Source of the DNA: Bythopirellula sp.
GTDB taxonomy: Bacteria > Planctomycetota > Planctomycetia > Pirellulales > Lacipirellulaceae
Reading direction: 5' to 3'
Assembly (NCBI GenBank): GCA_965216565.1
Contig: OZ244170.1
Span: 640,001 to 704,000 of the forward strand
Length of the DNA: 64,000 nucleotides
Shown here piece after piece: positions 1 to 9,045 of this stretch. Position numbers and translations under genes: made by a program. The notes under the pieces were generated by a model that saw only the letters and a program-made list of their open reading frames with translations, searched no databases and was not told the DNA's origin. Position 1 is the stretch's first letter. Each line of letters begins with the position of its first letter.

Positions 1-220
1 TTTGAAAAACGCCCTTGAAAATAGGCGTCCGTTTGATCAGCAGGGAGTTGTGGAGTAAAGAGAAAGTCGTCAGTGGCTTGGCTTAAATTGCCTACGTCCG
101 ACAAGCTGTCGCCGAAGACAATCAACTCGCTATATGGCAAGCCGAGAGCGTCGACACACAACAGAATCGTGGCAGTTAGAGCGACCAAAGAGATGCGAAG
201 TATATACACGTTGCCTCACG

Positions 221-259
221 AAAAAAGCTGGGAGAGCGGAATGCTGACTCTCCCAGCTT
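221..259 (-). terminator. Rho-independent terminator of the sigma factor gene
   Basis: 12-bp inverted repeat AAGCTGGGAGAG (225-236) / CTCTCCCAGCTT (248-259). A-run at 221-226 gives a U-tract on the minus strand, about 50 nt after the stop at 307. Confidence 0.8.
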
Positions 260-306
260 AAAGCATCGTTTCGCAAATCGGAAGCGAAATTGGGTGGGGC
301 ACTCCG

Positions 307-1920
307 CTATCCGCGGTTTCCACTCGGTGCTTCGCAGTTTTGATCGGTAAAAGTTGGCTCGCAGCCGTCTAAGAACCCTGTCAAGTTCCTGGCTCGATAG
401 GGTGATTGCAGTTTGCGGACTGCCTTCGATTCTATCTGCCGAACTCGTTCGCGAGTTACAGAGAATATCTTACCGACTTCTTCGAGTGTGTAGGTATAGC
501 CATCGGCCAAGCCGTAACGGAGTCGAAGGATTTCCCGCTCGCGATGAGAAAGCTCTGTCATCACATCTTCGAGACGCTTCTTAAGTGCCTCAAGGTTGGT
601 ATCATACAGCGGGTCTTCTTCACAATTCTCCTCGAGGAACTCGCCGAAGTAGTTATCTTCGTGGTCACCCACTGGTTGGTCTAACGACAAGGGTTGGCGG
701 GTCATCTTATGCACGCAACGTGCATCTTCCACAGACATGCCAGCGATTTCTGCGATTTCTTCCGGGTTTGGCTCACGACCAAATTCTTGGATGAAGTCAG
801 CAGTAACGCTCCGAATCTTGCTCATCGTATCGATCATGTGCACGGGCAGACGAATTGTTCGGCTCTGGTCCGCAATGGCACGTGTGATGGCTTGACGGAT
901 CCACCAGGTCGCATAGGTTGAGAACTTATAGCCTCTCTCGTGTTCGAACTTATCCACGGCCCGCATCAAGCCGGTATTGCCTTCTTGGATAAGATCCAAG
1001 AAGCTCATGCCACGATTGCGGTAGCGTTTGGCAATGGATACAACCAGTCGAAGGTTGGCAGCCGATAGGTTCCGCTTCGCTGCATCGTATGCGGCTTTGC
1101 GATCGTTAGTGTTTTTAACTAGTCGCGAGATTGTATGGGGAGTCTCGAGCGTGATACGCATCAAGTATCGCAGCTCTTCGGTTAGCTCGATTTGTTGAGC
1201 TGCGTGTAACAACTGTTCCGGATGGTTGAGTTGCTGCTTGACGGCTTTCATCCGCGCGGCGATCTCTTGCATTTCGTCCATCAGCGGTAGAAGCCGTTGC
1301 AAACGAAGATTCAGCTCCTCGACCAAACGGACCACCTTGTTCCTACGAACTACAAGTCGTCGCCAAGCCGCTTTCTTTTCGGCTTCGGTTGCTTTTCGAT
1401 CGACAGCATTGCGGAAATCGTTTTGATTCTGGGATAGCAATTCCCGAATGGTGATGAGATTAGGCTGGATCTTCTTGAGAATTCGTTTCTTTTCAGCCGT
1501 GTTGGTGACTGAAATTTCTATAGTACGGTCCAACCGCAGATTGCCGTCAGCAACTTTTTGCAGTAATTCAGCAGCTCCATGAAGGATAAAGTCGTTTGCC
1601 AACATCGTCCGACGGAATCGAGTGCGTGTGAATTCGATACGCTTGGCGGAGGAGACTTCCATCTCGCGGCTCAGCATGGGAATTTCACCCATTTGCATTA
1701 GGTACATGCGAACGGGGTCGTCGATTGCAGCTGTGCCTTTGTCTTCTTTCTCTTCAGCTTCCTCTTCAGAGTTCGAATTGGAAACACGAGGATCGTTTTT
1801 CTGCTTCCCGTTTTTCTTGCCGTTAGGGGCTGGAGCATTGCCGTTTCGCTTGATTTGGCTAGCCTTTCCGTTGCTGAGCTTGCCATTGGCTGTAGAAGTC
1901 TTGGAATGTTTTCTTGGCAC
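307..1920 (-). CDS. RNA polymerase sigma-70 factor, RpoD/SigA-like (group 1/2)
   Basis: Region 1.2 [17 protein letters not shown]; region 2 [51 protein letters not shown]; region 4 [29 protein letters not shown] before the GTG start. N-terminus is Lys/Asn-rich and low complexity. Confidence 0.93.
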   Translation of the reverse strand: MPRKHSKTSTANGKLSNGKASQIKRNGNAPAPNGKKNGKQKNDPRVSNSNSEEEAEEKEDKGTAAIDDPVRMYLMQMGEIPMLSREMEVSSAKRIEFTRTRFRRTMLANDFILHGAAELLQKVADGNLRLDRTIEISVTNTAEKKRILKKIQPNLITIRELLSQNQNDFRNAVDRKATEAEKKAAWRRLVVRRNKVVRLVEELNLRLQRLLPLMDEMQEIAARMKAVKQQLNHPEQLLHAAQQIELTEELRYLMRITLETPHTISRLVKNTNDRKAAYDAAKRNLSAANLRLVVSIAKRYRNRGMSFLDLIQEGNTGLMRAVDKFEHERGYKFSTYATWWIRQAITRAIADQSRTIRLPVHMIDTMSKIRSVTADFIQEFGREPNPEEIAEIAGMSVEDARCVHKMTRQPLSLDQPVGDHEDNYFGEFLEENCEEDPLYDTNLEALKKRLEDVMTELSHREREILRLRYGLADGYTYTLEEVGKIFSVTRERVRQIESKAVRKLQSPYRARNLTGFLDGCEPTFTDQNCEAPSGNRG

Positions 1921-1972
1921 GGCTTGGTCCTCATGATCCCAGTTAGAATGTCCGATTCGTAATGGGGTCTAT

Positions 1973-1988
1973 TGCAGGGCTTATGCCG
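1973..1988 (-). promoter_or_regulatory. Putative sigma-54 -24/-12 promoter
   Basis: Minus strand reads CGGCATAAGCCCTGCA: GG-N10-GC spacing, close to TGGCACG-N4-TTGCW, about 53 nt upstream of the sigma factor start. Confidence 0.45.
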
Positions 1989-2224
1989 AGAGCCTTGCAA
2001 AGTGGGGTTTTTAAGCGGTAAGTTGATTGTTCGCATGGAGTTACACTCTCTTGGTCTTCCAGTTCTAAGAGTAGCAAGACGAGACGATGATGAGCTATCG
2101 CCACATTGGTGGTGTTCGCGCGTCGTTTTCCTGCAACCAGAAATTCGAAGAATAGAGCCCTCAATCCTCAGCATCTGCAACCCATGAACGAAGCCACAAC
2201 CCCTACAATCGGTAGAAAGATTCC

Positions 2225-3157
2225 ATGAAGCTGTTCCGCATCAATCGCGAATCGATGTGTTCAACAGACTTGGCTGTAGAGCAACTGGCGACTGGCGCTT
2301 GTGAGATCTTGCAGCTGGATTGGTGCCAGGATTCGAATTGTAAAGATGTATCTGGATTTCTCTCTCAATGGCAGAGGATCCATAAGTTCTTCTATCTGGA
2401 TCAGCGGCTGAAACTTATCACGAACGCCGGTGCTGGTGGTGTGGTGCGCTGTGCTGAAGCCATGGGAGAGTATCTTCGTGAGCATGGCGATTCTCAGGTT
2501 CCATTAACGGCTATCCGTGGAGACAACCTTCTGCCCCGCCTTCCAGAACTGTTTGAAAATGATGCTGAGTTCATTGATGAGCTATCCGGTGAGCAGATAC
2601 CAATCACTTCTGCTGCTCTCGTATCTGCTCATGTTGAACTTGGAGCAGGTCCAATTGCCACAGCTTTCGCTGAAGAAAGTCGAATAGTAATACTAGGCTC
2701 ATACGATCCCGCGGCACCGTTCGTGGCGGCAGGTGTTTCTGCTTTCAAATTCAATTGGGACGACTATGAGTCTCTGGGTACTCTGGCCATCGCATCTGTC
2801 CTTTCGGAGCGGTTTGCGGTGACCGCAGAACTATCTGACACTGGGCGAGTGCATCTGAAGTCTAGCGACTCCAGTAAGCATATCGAGCAGTTCATCGAAG
2901 AATGGCTCCACGAAAATCTACAGAATGAAATGCGGTGGGCTGATGTGAGTTGTAGTATCGATCAGCTAAGAATTGAACAACCCAGACAAGAGGGTTTCCT
3001 CCTACAAGGCCTCACTGCTTCGCCCCCAAACAATTCTTGGCTAGTGAAGTTAGTTTTTCGCGATTCAGATGAGAAACAGCGGGTAGGTTGGTCTCGAGTG
3101 CCCCGCGATATGATTAATGTTTCGGTAGATACCCGCCCTGCATCGGAGTGGCTCTAG
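2225..3157 (+). CDS. AtuA/DUF1446-like protein, shortened and divergent
   Basis: LITNAGAGG, IRGDNLLPRL, SAHVELGAGPIA and RIVILG..D..PFVA segments resemble the AtuA family. Adjacent to a crotonase. Confidence 0.6.
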   Translation: MKLFRINRESMCSTDLAVEQLATGACEILQLDWCQDSNCKDVSGFLSQWQRIHKFFYLDQRLKLITNAGAGGVVRCAEAMGEYLREHGDSQVPLTAIRGDNLLPRLPELFENDAEFIDELSGEQIPITSAALVSAHVELGAGPIATAFAEESRIVILGSYDPAAPFVAAGVSAFKFNWDDYESLGTLAIASVLSERFAVTAELSDTGRVHLKSSDSSKHIEQFIEEWLHENLQNEMRWADVSCSIDQLRIEQPRQEGFLLQGLTASPPNNSWLVKLVFRDSDEKQRVGWSRVPRDMINVSVDTRPASEWL

Positions 3158-3197
3158 AATTCCCTTTCCTGCTTAACAGGACGTGACTGGTTAACCC

Positions 3198-3998
3198 ATG
3201 TATCGAGAAAACGAACAAATAGAAGTCCACTTAACCGGCTGTGTTGGGACGATTAAGCTCAACCGTCCCGATCGAGAAAACGCAATCACGCAATTCATGA
3301 TCGGCCAACTAATTGAAGCATTGGACGATCTCTATCGAGAGCGGAAGGTCCGAGCAATCGTGTTAACTGGAGCGGGAGAAGTGTTTTCTGCAGGTATGGA
3401 AGTCGAAGAGATGGTTGGTGAAGCTCCTGTCGTTGATTCGCCACCGATGCCCACCGAGTGGGGAGATGAAGCAGCAAATTACCGCGATCTCGTACTACGT
3501 ATGTTAGAAATCACAAAGCCGATTATCGCGGCAATTAATGGGCCGGCCCTTGCGGGAGGGGCAGGTTTGGTGGTGGCTAGCGACATTGTTGTCGCGTCAT
3601 CCGAAGCCACTTTTGGACTTACAGATCCACGACGAGGTTTAGTTGCAGGTGTCGTGGCTCCACTTTTATGTTTCCGGATCGGGGCTTCTCAAGCGACAAA
3701 ACTATTGCTGACGTCAGAGACCATCGATGCAACCCAAGCCAGGCAATGCGGCATCTTTCATGAACTCGTGTCCCCCGATCTTGTCTGGGCTCGTGCAGCG
3801 GAAATCGCCAACGAGTGTGCCATGGGTTCGCCGGAAGCAATTCAACTCACAAAACGAGTGATTTTAGAGACTGCCGGAGAGCACTTAGCAACACAACTCT
3901 CAGCCGGCGCCGCGATGAGTGCCACGATTCGCACAACTGAGAACGCTCGCGAAGGCATGGCTGCCTACCTCGCCGGCAGGCCGCCCAAGTGGAAATAG
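3198..3998 (+). CDS. Enoyl-CoA hydratase/isomerase (crotonase) family protein
   Basis: LNRPDRENAI, VLTGAGEVFSAG, KPIIAAINGPALAGGAGL, AREGMAAYL.GRPPKW. Confidence 0.92.
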   Translation: MYRENEQIEVHLTGCVGTIKLNRPDRENAITQFMIGQLIEALDDLYRERKVRAIVLTGAGEVFSAGMEVEEMVGEAPVVDSPPMPTEWGDEAANYRDLVLRMLEITKPIIAAINGPALAGGAGLVVASDIVVASSEATFGLTDPRRGLVAGVVAPLLCFRIGASQATKLLLTSETIDATQARQCGIFHELVSPDLVWARAAEIANECAMGSPEAIQLTKRVILETAGEHLATQLSAGAAMSATIRTTENAREGMAAYLAGRPPKWK

Positions 3999-4039
3999 GT
4001 CGTCCGTACGCTTATATCTCAGCGAACACATCGATCTAA

Positions 4040-4441
4040 CTAGTTTATACCTTCGCTTAAATCGGGAGTGGTCGACGATCCACCAAACGCAAGTCGGAAT
4101 ATAGTCTGGTTTCGTAGACCGAGGGATACCCAGACGACGATACCTATGACGACTGGTACCAGAAACGAATCGCCCAGCCGAACGTGGGTCGCCACCGCCC
4201 CACCAAGATAGCCGGTTAGCAAGATAGCGCCCAGAAAAGCAGTGCGAGGAATCAGGAAAAGTATCGCGCAAACTACTTCGACCACTCCAATGCGAAATAG
4301 CACATCGTTTGACATGCCGAGATGTTCAAGCATCTCGGCTTTGCCTTCCCAGTCTGTAAACTTTCCCGAGGCGCTGCCGAAGATAAAAAACGCAGCCAAT
4401 ATCGCGCTCAGTACCCAGCCAGCAATCTTAGATTTTGACAT
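4040..4441 (-). CDS. DoxX family membrane protein
   Basis: Four hydrophobic segments; IGVVEVVCAILFLIPRTAFLGAILLTGYLGGAVATH motif. Confidence 0.85.
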   Translation of the reverse strand: MSKSKIAGWVLSAILAAFFIFGSASGKFTDWEGKAEMLEHLGMSNDVLFRIGVVEVVCAILFLIPRTAFLGAILLTGYLGGAVATHVRLGDSFLVPVVIGIVVWVSLGLRNQTIFRLAFGGSSTTPDLSEGIN

Positions 4442-4497
4442 GCTGTTGTTCCGTGAAGAAAAAATGTGGCGAGTAAAAAACTGTGGCCAGTTAGCGA

Positions 4498-4701
4498 CTA
4501 ATCCTTGAGCACAAACGTCACTTTCATCATGACTCGATAGGCCACGATTTTTTCGTCTTCAACGTCCACTTTCATGTCTTGGACCCAGGCTCCACTGACA
4601 TTGTCGAGAGTCTTGGAGGCACGCTTGATGCCTTTTTCGATGGCGTCTTCAAAGCTCTTTTTGGACGAAGAAGAAATCTCGGTAATTTTGGCAACGGACA
4701 T
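4498..4701 (-). CDS. Dodecin family flavin-binding protein
   Basis: 67 aa: SVAKITEISSSSKKSFEDAIEKGIKRASKTL..YRVMMKVTFVL. GGAAAGGA RBS-like sequence upstream. Confidence 0.9.
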   Translation of the reverse strand: MSVAKITEISSSSKKSFEDAIEKGIKRASKTLDNVSGAWVQDMKVDVEDEKIVAYRVMMKVTFVLKD

Positions 4702-5189
4702 GTTGTTCCTTTCCAGCTTTTTTGAAATGTTCTTGAAGCAATGTTGTCGACCTCTCCGTTAAGAGTTGGTCTCCCCATAACCTAGCGGTTTTTTAGCAAG
4801 CCGCTCAAGCCCCGGAATCTGCACATTCTATGCACAGAGCAGGCGAGTGGGACTCAAAAGGGGAGTGAGGGTTGCAGTCCAACTGTCAGCGGGCACTCAT
4901 CAGTCCAGAATATGCAGTGATTATCAAGCTGTAATTGCAACTGGTACCTTTTGCTTCCAGACGTCTAATTGTTTAGGCAGTCTATTAAACGGGTAGGAAT
5001 CGGCGAGAAGCAATATCCTACACGCAACAAAATCGGCATATTGTCATTTTCCCCTAGAATTGAATCAGCCTTACTCATTTGCCTCCACAGTTGCTGCATT
5101 TAGCTCAGGTTAGAGTGTCATTCGGGCCATATAGTTTAGGGGCATAATTGGAGTCTATTAGTCTAGGAAAACATATCTTCAGCTGCGTC

Positions 5190-6332
5190 ATGGATATTAC
5201 GACCAAACACAGTGTGCCATTGTTTATCAGCTTGGTCCTGCTAGCCACGTTGGTATTCGCTTTCGACTCGTGGGTAGAACTTGGAGTTGCCGGCGGAGTG
5301 CCTTACGTGGTCGTTGTCTGTTTGTCATACCTAGCAGCACGGCGGAGTTGGATATTTGTCACCGCTGTCTGTTGCTGTCTTCTGACACTCTTGGGATATA
5401 TGCTTTCTCCCCCTGGGGGCGAAGAATGGAAGGTGCTGTACAACCGCGGATTAGCACTACTGGCGATCACCGTGACTGCTGTGTTTGCTGACATGGCCAA
5501 GAGAGCGGCACAACGGCTAACTGATAATGAGAGAAACCTGGAGCGGCTTGTCGACCAACGCACCCGAGAGTTGAAGCTGACCAATGCCGAGCTCGAGGCT
5601 AGCAATGAGGAACTGAAGAACTTTGCGTACATAGCATCGCATGATTTGCAAACACCACTTAGGTCGATCCACGGATTCGCCGAAATTCTACGTGAAGACG
5701 CTGCGGAGCAACTAGATAACAGTGCATCCGAGAATATTGATCGCATCATTGCAGCAAGCGAACGCATGAAGACTCTCATCAGCGACTTGCTCTCTTACTC
5801 TCACCTAGAGGGTGATTCTTCTCGATATTCGACTGTGAGCCTTAATGAGGTGTTCGACGAAGTCTTAGCACTGCTTTCCGCCGAAATTATAGACTCAGGA
5901 GCCGAAATAACTCGAGACAACCTTCCGGAACTGTTTTGCGATCGCGGACAGATGATACAGCTTCTTCAAAATCTCATCGGAAACGGAATAAAGTACTGCG
6001 ATCGACCTATTCCCCAAGTACACGTTTCGGCACACTGTGAAAACAACGATTGGGTCGTATCAGTCCAAGACAATGGAATAGGAATTGAGCCTGAATATCA
6101 TGGACGCGTATTCGACATTTTTCGCCGACTCCACGACTCAAAGAGTTACCCCGGCACGGGGATCGGACTGGCTGTGTGTCGCCGCGTCGTTGAGCATCAC
6201 CAAGGCCGTATCTGGATCGATTCGGAAGCTAAGTGTGGAACAAGAGTGTTGTTTTCGCTCCCCCAACCCGTTGCGAAAACTCAGGAAGATTCCAGGTGTT
6301 TGGTTGCTGATAACCTGAAGGTAGAAGTATGA
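5190..6332 (+). CDS. Membrane sensor histidine kinase with a Cph1-like transmitter
   Basis: N-terminal TM helices; H-box SHDLQTPLR; N-box QNLIGNGIKY; G1 DNGIGI; G2 GTGIGLAVC. Start taken as ATG 5190 (the ORF opens at 5148). Confidence 0.92.
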   Translation: MDITTKHSVPLFISLVLLATLVFAFDSWVELGVAGGVPYVVVVCLSYLAARRSWIFVTAVCCCLLTLLGYMLSPPGGEEWKVLYNRGLALLAITVTAVFADMAKRAAQRLTDNERNLERLVDQRTRELKLTNAELEASNEELKNFAYIASHDLQTPLRSIHGFAEILREDAAEQLDNSASENIDRIIAASERMKTLISDLLSYSHLEGDSSRYSTVSLNEVFDEVLALLSAEIIDSGAEITRDNLPELFCDRGQMIQLLQNLIGNGIKYCDRPIPQVHVSAHCENNDWVVSVQDNGIGIEPEYHGRVFDIFRRLHDSKSYPGTGIGLAVCRRVVEHHQGRIWIDSEAKCGTRVLFSLPQPVAKTQEDSRCLVADNLKVEV

Positions 6333-6781
6333 CACAATTAATGCGTGGTGGACGGCCAGCAGAAATACTTCTCGTCGAAGATAACGAGGATGACGTTCTC
6401 ATTACTCAAAGGGGATTTAAGAAGAGCCGTTTTGCTGTGAATCTCCATCATGTAGCCAACGGCAAAGAATGCATGGCTTTCTTACTGAAGGAAGGAAAGT
6501 ACGCCGATGCCGTCAAGCCAGACTTGATTCTTCTCGATCTCAACATGCCTTTGATGGATGGAAGAGAAGTACTCAGCGAGATGGTTAAGCATGATGAGCT
6601 AAGAAAGCTGCCTGTGGTTGTGCTTACAACCTCTGATGATGCACGAGACATCCTGAGTATGTACGATTTGCGCTGCAGCTCCTATATCGTGAAACCTATC
6701 TCGTTTGAGCAATTTCAAAGAGTCATCGACGATCTGGGCCAGTACTGGTTTTCGCTGGTCGTGCTTCCAGCAGATATCTGA
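6329..6781 (+). CDS. Single-domain response regulator, Rcp1-like
   Basis: ILLVEDNEDD, PDLILLDLNMP, VVVLTTS, YIVKP. ATGA overlap with the kinase stop. Confidence 0.93.
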   Translation: MTQLMRGGRPAEILLVEDNEDDVLITQRGFKKSRFAVNLHHVANGKECMAFLLKEGKYADAVKPDLILLDLNMPLMDGREVLSEMVKHDELRKLPVVVLTTSDDARDILSMYDLRCSSYIVKPISFEQFQRVIDDLGQYWFSLVVLPADI

Positions 6782-6838
6782 CAGAGCGGTGAGCAGGAAA
6801 CCCTGGTTTGAGTATTGCCATCCAGCCGCGCACTCGCC

Positions 6839-8566
6839 TTACGGTGCAAGCTCGACGATCTCGTCGCCATAAATCGGCAGATATCTGTAGTAGACCTCGA
6901 GCGTTAGGATCGACAGCGCCGTGGTATAGAGCCGCCCTCCTCGATCGCTCCAGGCTTCCTTAAAAAACCAACTGCCCCGTTCGTGGCCTTCCTTGGATTG
7001 CGTATCGATCAAGTGATCCCGCATACGTCGGTTCCATCGCTTCCAGCTACTGCCACCAATGTGATGCAGAACCTGGGTAGCGTAATAATTGGTGTACATG
7101 TTGTGGTTGAGAGGGTTCTCTTCGCCGAGCCGAGCCGTGCCGCGAAGTAGGGGGGGGTGGTCCTTGGGCCAACCCAACATCATGCGGCAGAGGAGTCCCA
7201 CGGCTGATGTCGACGTGCGGTTCTTGCGGGGCTCTTCGGAGCCTTTGTAGTTGTAGGTCGCCCCCCGGTCGTCCTGAACGCTGTCGTAAAAATCAGATGC
7301 GCGGTACCAGACCTCGCGTGGTATGTGCAATTTGCCTAGGAGCCCGCTTTTGAGGGCCGTAACTTGCCAGCCAGAAACCGTTGAATCGCCGGGATCCTTG
7401 GGTTCATAACGCCAGCCGCCAGCTTCGTGCTGGGCGAAGACGATAAAATCGATTGCCTTTTGGGCATGTAGTTGTAGATTCTGATCGCGCGTCAGCGCGT
7501 ACGCTTCGCACAACGCAAGCGTTGCAATACCGTGGGAATACATGTCTCCGCTCTTGCGGATGATCGGACTTCCTTCACCGAGCTGATCTAGTAAGGTCAT
7601 GCCCCGTAGATCGCCACCAGCAGAATTTACAACCATGGCCTCAATGAGATAGTACAGCCCCCGGTCGACAACGTCCTGATACGGGCCTTCGTCTTGTGTA
7701 TAGCCAGCACCGAGAAAGCAGAGCAGGGCGAGGCCCGTGGAGCCTGTGCTTGACTGCACAAAGCCGGAGTTGCGACAGGCGCCTTCGCACCCAGGGAGCT
7801 TATTCAGATCGAACTGCCAGGACCCATCGGGAGCTTGATGTGCCGCCAACCACTCGAGCCCCAACTCAACAGCCGCTTCGCTGTGGGCATTGCCGCCGCC
7901 GCCAAGAGCGAGCTGACGTCGATTTGCCGCATTGCGTCCACTTAGACCACCTCCACGCGAGGCAAGCAAGTTTCTGGCTGAATCAAAAGCAAGTGGCGAG
8001 GGGATCGTACTATCAGTGGCTGTGGTCTCGGGGTCGATTGTGGGCATCGGTAAATCGATCGAAACGTCTACGCCAGGGTTGGTCAGTACAGGATTGCTAT
8101 CCCGCGGCAAGGAAAAGTCGCCGCCTACCGCGCCCAATGCCGAATCGTCGAGATCAATCACATCGGCAACTTCAGTTTCGAACGCCGCCTCCAACCACCG
8201 ATCGGGTCCGCTACCCGCATCGGCAAAGATCAGAAGCGAGAGAAAAACAATAATCGCCGCATGGACCAACGCGCTGGTAAGCCAGGAAAGCGAATACATT
8301 TCTTCGATCAGAAGGACAACCCACCCTGCGGGGCCATTCTTCTCGTCATGTGGTGGATCTTTTACCGCTGAAGAATTTTGAGCCTTGGCAGAGTCGGTTG
8401 GCGGCAGAGAATTTGCCGCGCCTACCGACGTCGGAACTACGACGGGAGGGTCGACACTAAGCGACGCATTTTCCGAGTGCGATGATTTCAACGCCGGGCC
8501 TGCCAGTGGGGTGGGCGGTGCGAACCGACCCAAATTGCTCTGTTCCTGGGAATATTCGACCCGCAT
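6839..8566 (-). CDS. Membrane-anchored prenyltransferase/squalene-oxidase (QW) repeat protein
   Basis: TM segment (SALVHAAIIVFLSLLIF), Pro/Asp-rich linker, then repeats QAPDGSW, QHEAGGWRY, QSKEGHERGSW, and terminal LEVYYRYLP. Confidence 0.75.
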   Translation of the reverse strand: MRVEYSQEQSNLGRFAPPTPLAGPALKSSHSENASLSVDPPVVVPTSVGAANSLPPTDSAKAQNSSAVKDPPHDEKNGPAGWVVLLIEEMYSLSWLTSALVHAAIIVFLSLLIFADAGSGPDRWLEAAFETEVADVIDLDDSALGAVGGDFSLPRDSNPVLTNPGVDVSIDLPMPTIDPETTATDSTIPSPLAFDSARNLLASRGGGLSGRNAANRRQLALGGGGNAHSEAAVELGLEWLAAHQAPDGSWQFDLNKLPGCEGACRNSGFVQSSTGSTGLALLCFLGAGYTQDEGPYQDVVDRGLYYLIEAMVVNSAGGDLRGMTLLDQLGEGSPIIRKSGDMYSHGIATLALCEAYALTRDQNLQLHAQKAIDFIVFAQHEAGGWRYEPKDPGDSTVSGWQVTALKSGLLGKLHIPREVWYRASDFYDSVQDDRGATYNYKGSEEPRKNRTSTSAVGLLCRMMLGWPKDHPPLLRGTARLGEENPLNHNMYTNYYATQVLHHIGGSSWKRWNRRMRDHLIDTQSKEGHERGSWFFKEAWSDRGGRLYTTALSILTLEVYYRYLPIYGDEIVELAP

Positions 8567-8772
8567 GGGGTCACTTCCAAGTATAACGCCTCCTGGAGAA
8601 ACGGCAGATTTTTCATCGCCCGAATGCCCAGTACCACTAGAAATTTGGCCGAAAAGACCGTAAGATTCGGGACTTCGTACCTCTTTGGCGGTTAGCCCTC
8701 ACTGAGACAGATCGCCGAACATCGAGTTTCCAGATTATAGAGTCCAGTTAGTAGAGTTAAGGCAGGTAATCC

Positions 8773-8952
8773 ATGGCCAAGAAAAGTGGCGGTAAAAGGA
8801 AGAAAAAGGTAGAAGTTGTGTTTCTCGTCTGCGAGGAAACCGGCGATTACAATTACACCCTACGCCGTAAGGTTGGTGGCGAAAAGCTGAAGCTGAAGAA
8901 GTATTGCCCGAGACTTCGCAAACATACTTCGCATGTTGAGAAGAAAAAGTAA
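8773..8952 (+). CDS. rpmG: 50S ribosomal protein L33 (not in the ORF track)
   Basis: Hand translation, 59 aa: [59 protein letters not shown]. Contains the L33 signature KLxLKKYCPxxRKHT; AGGT RBS upstream. Confidence 0.93.
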   Translation: MAKKSGGKRKKKVEVVFLVCEETGDYNYTLRRKVGGEKLKLKKYCPRLRKHTSHVEKKK

Positions 8953-9035
8953 AGCGTACGAACCCCAGATCTAGCCGCGCACCTATAGCTCGTCGAAGTC
9001 TCGGCTGGCTGAGCCGATTATAGTTCTCTTTCTAA

Positions 9036-9043
9036 CACGGATG
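9036..9043 (+). promoter_or_regulatory. CsrA-type CANGGAUG site overlapping the recJ ribosome-binding region
   Basis: CACGGATG ends 2 nt before the ATG at 9046. Confidence 0.35.
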
Positions 9044-9045
9044 AC

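Noticed and set aside
134..149. TGGCAAGCCGAGAGCG as a sigma-54 site
   Set aside because: The -12 element is poor and there is no credible plus-strand gene downstream.
1698..2187. Short ORFs upstream of or overlapping the sigma factor gene
   Set aside because: They have no recognisable motifs, overlap real genes or promoter DNA, and lack an RBS.
6839..8566. Squalene-hopene or oxidosqualene cyclase call
   Set aside because: There is only a single QW-repeat barrel behind a TM anchor and no DxDD or DCTAE catalytic motif.
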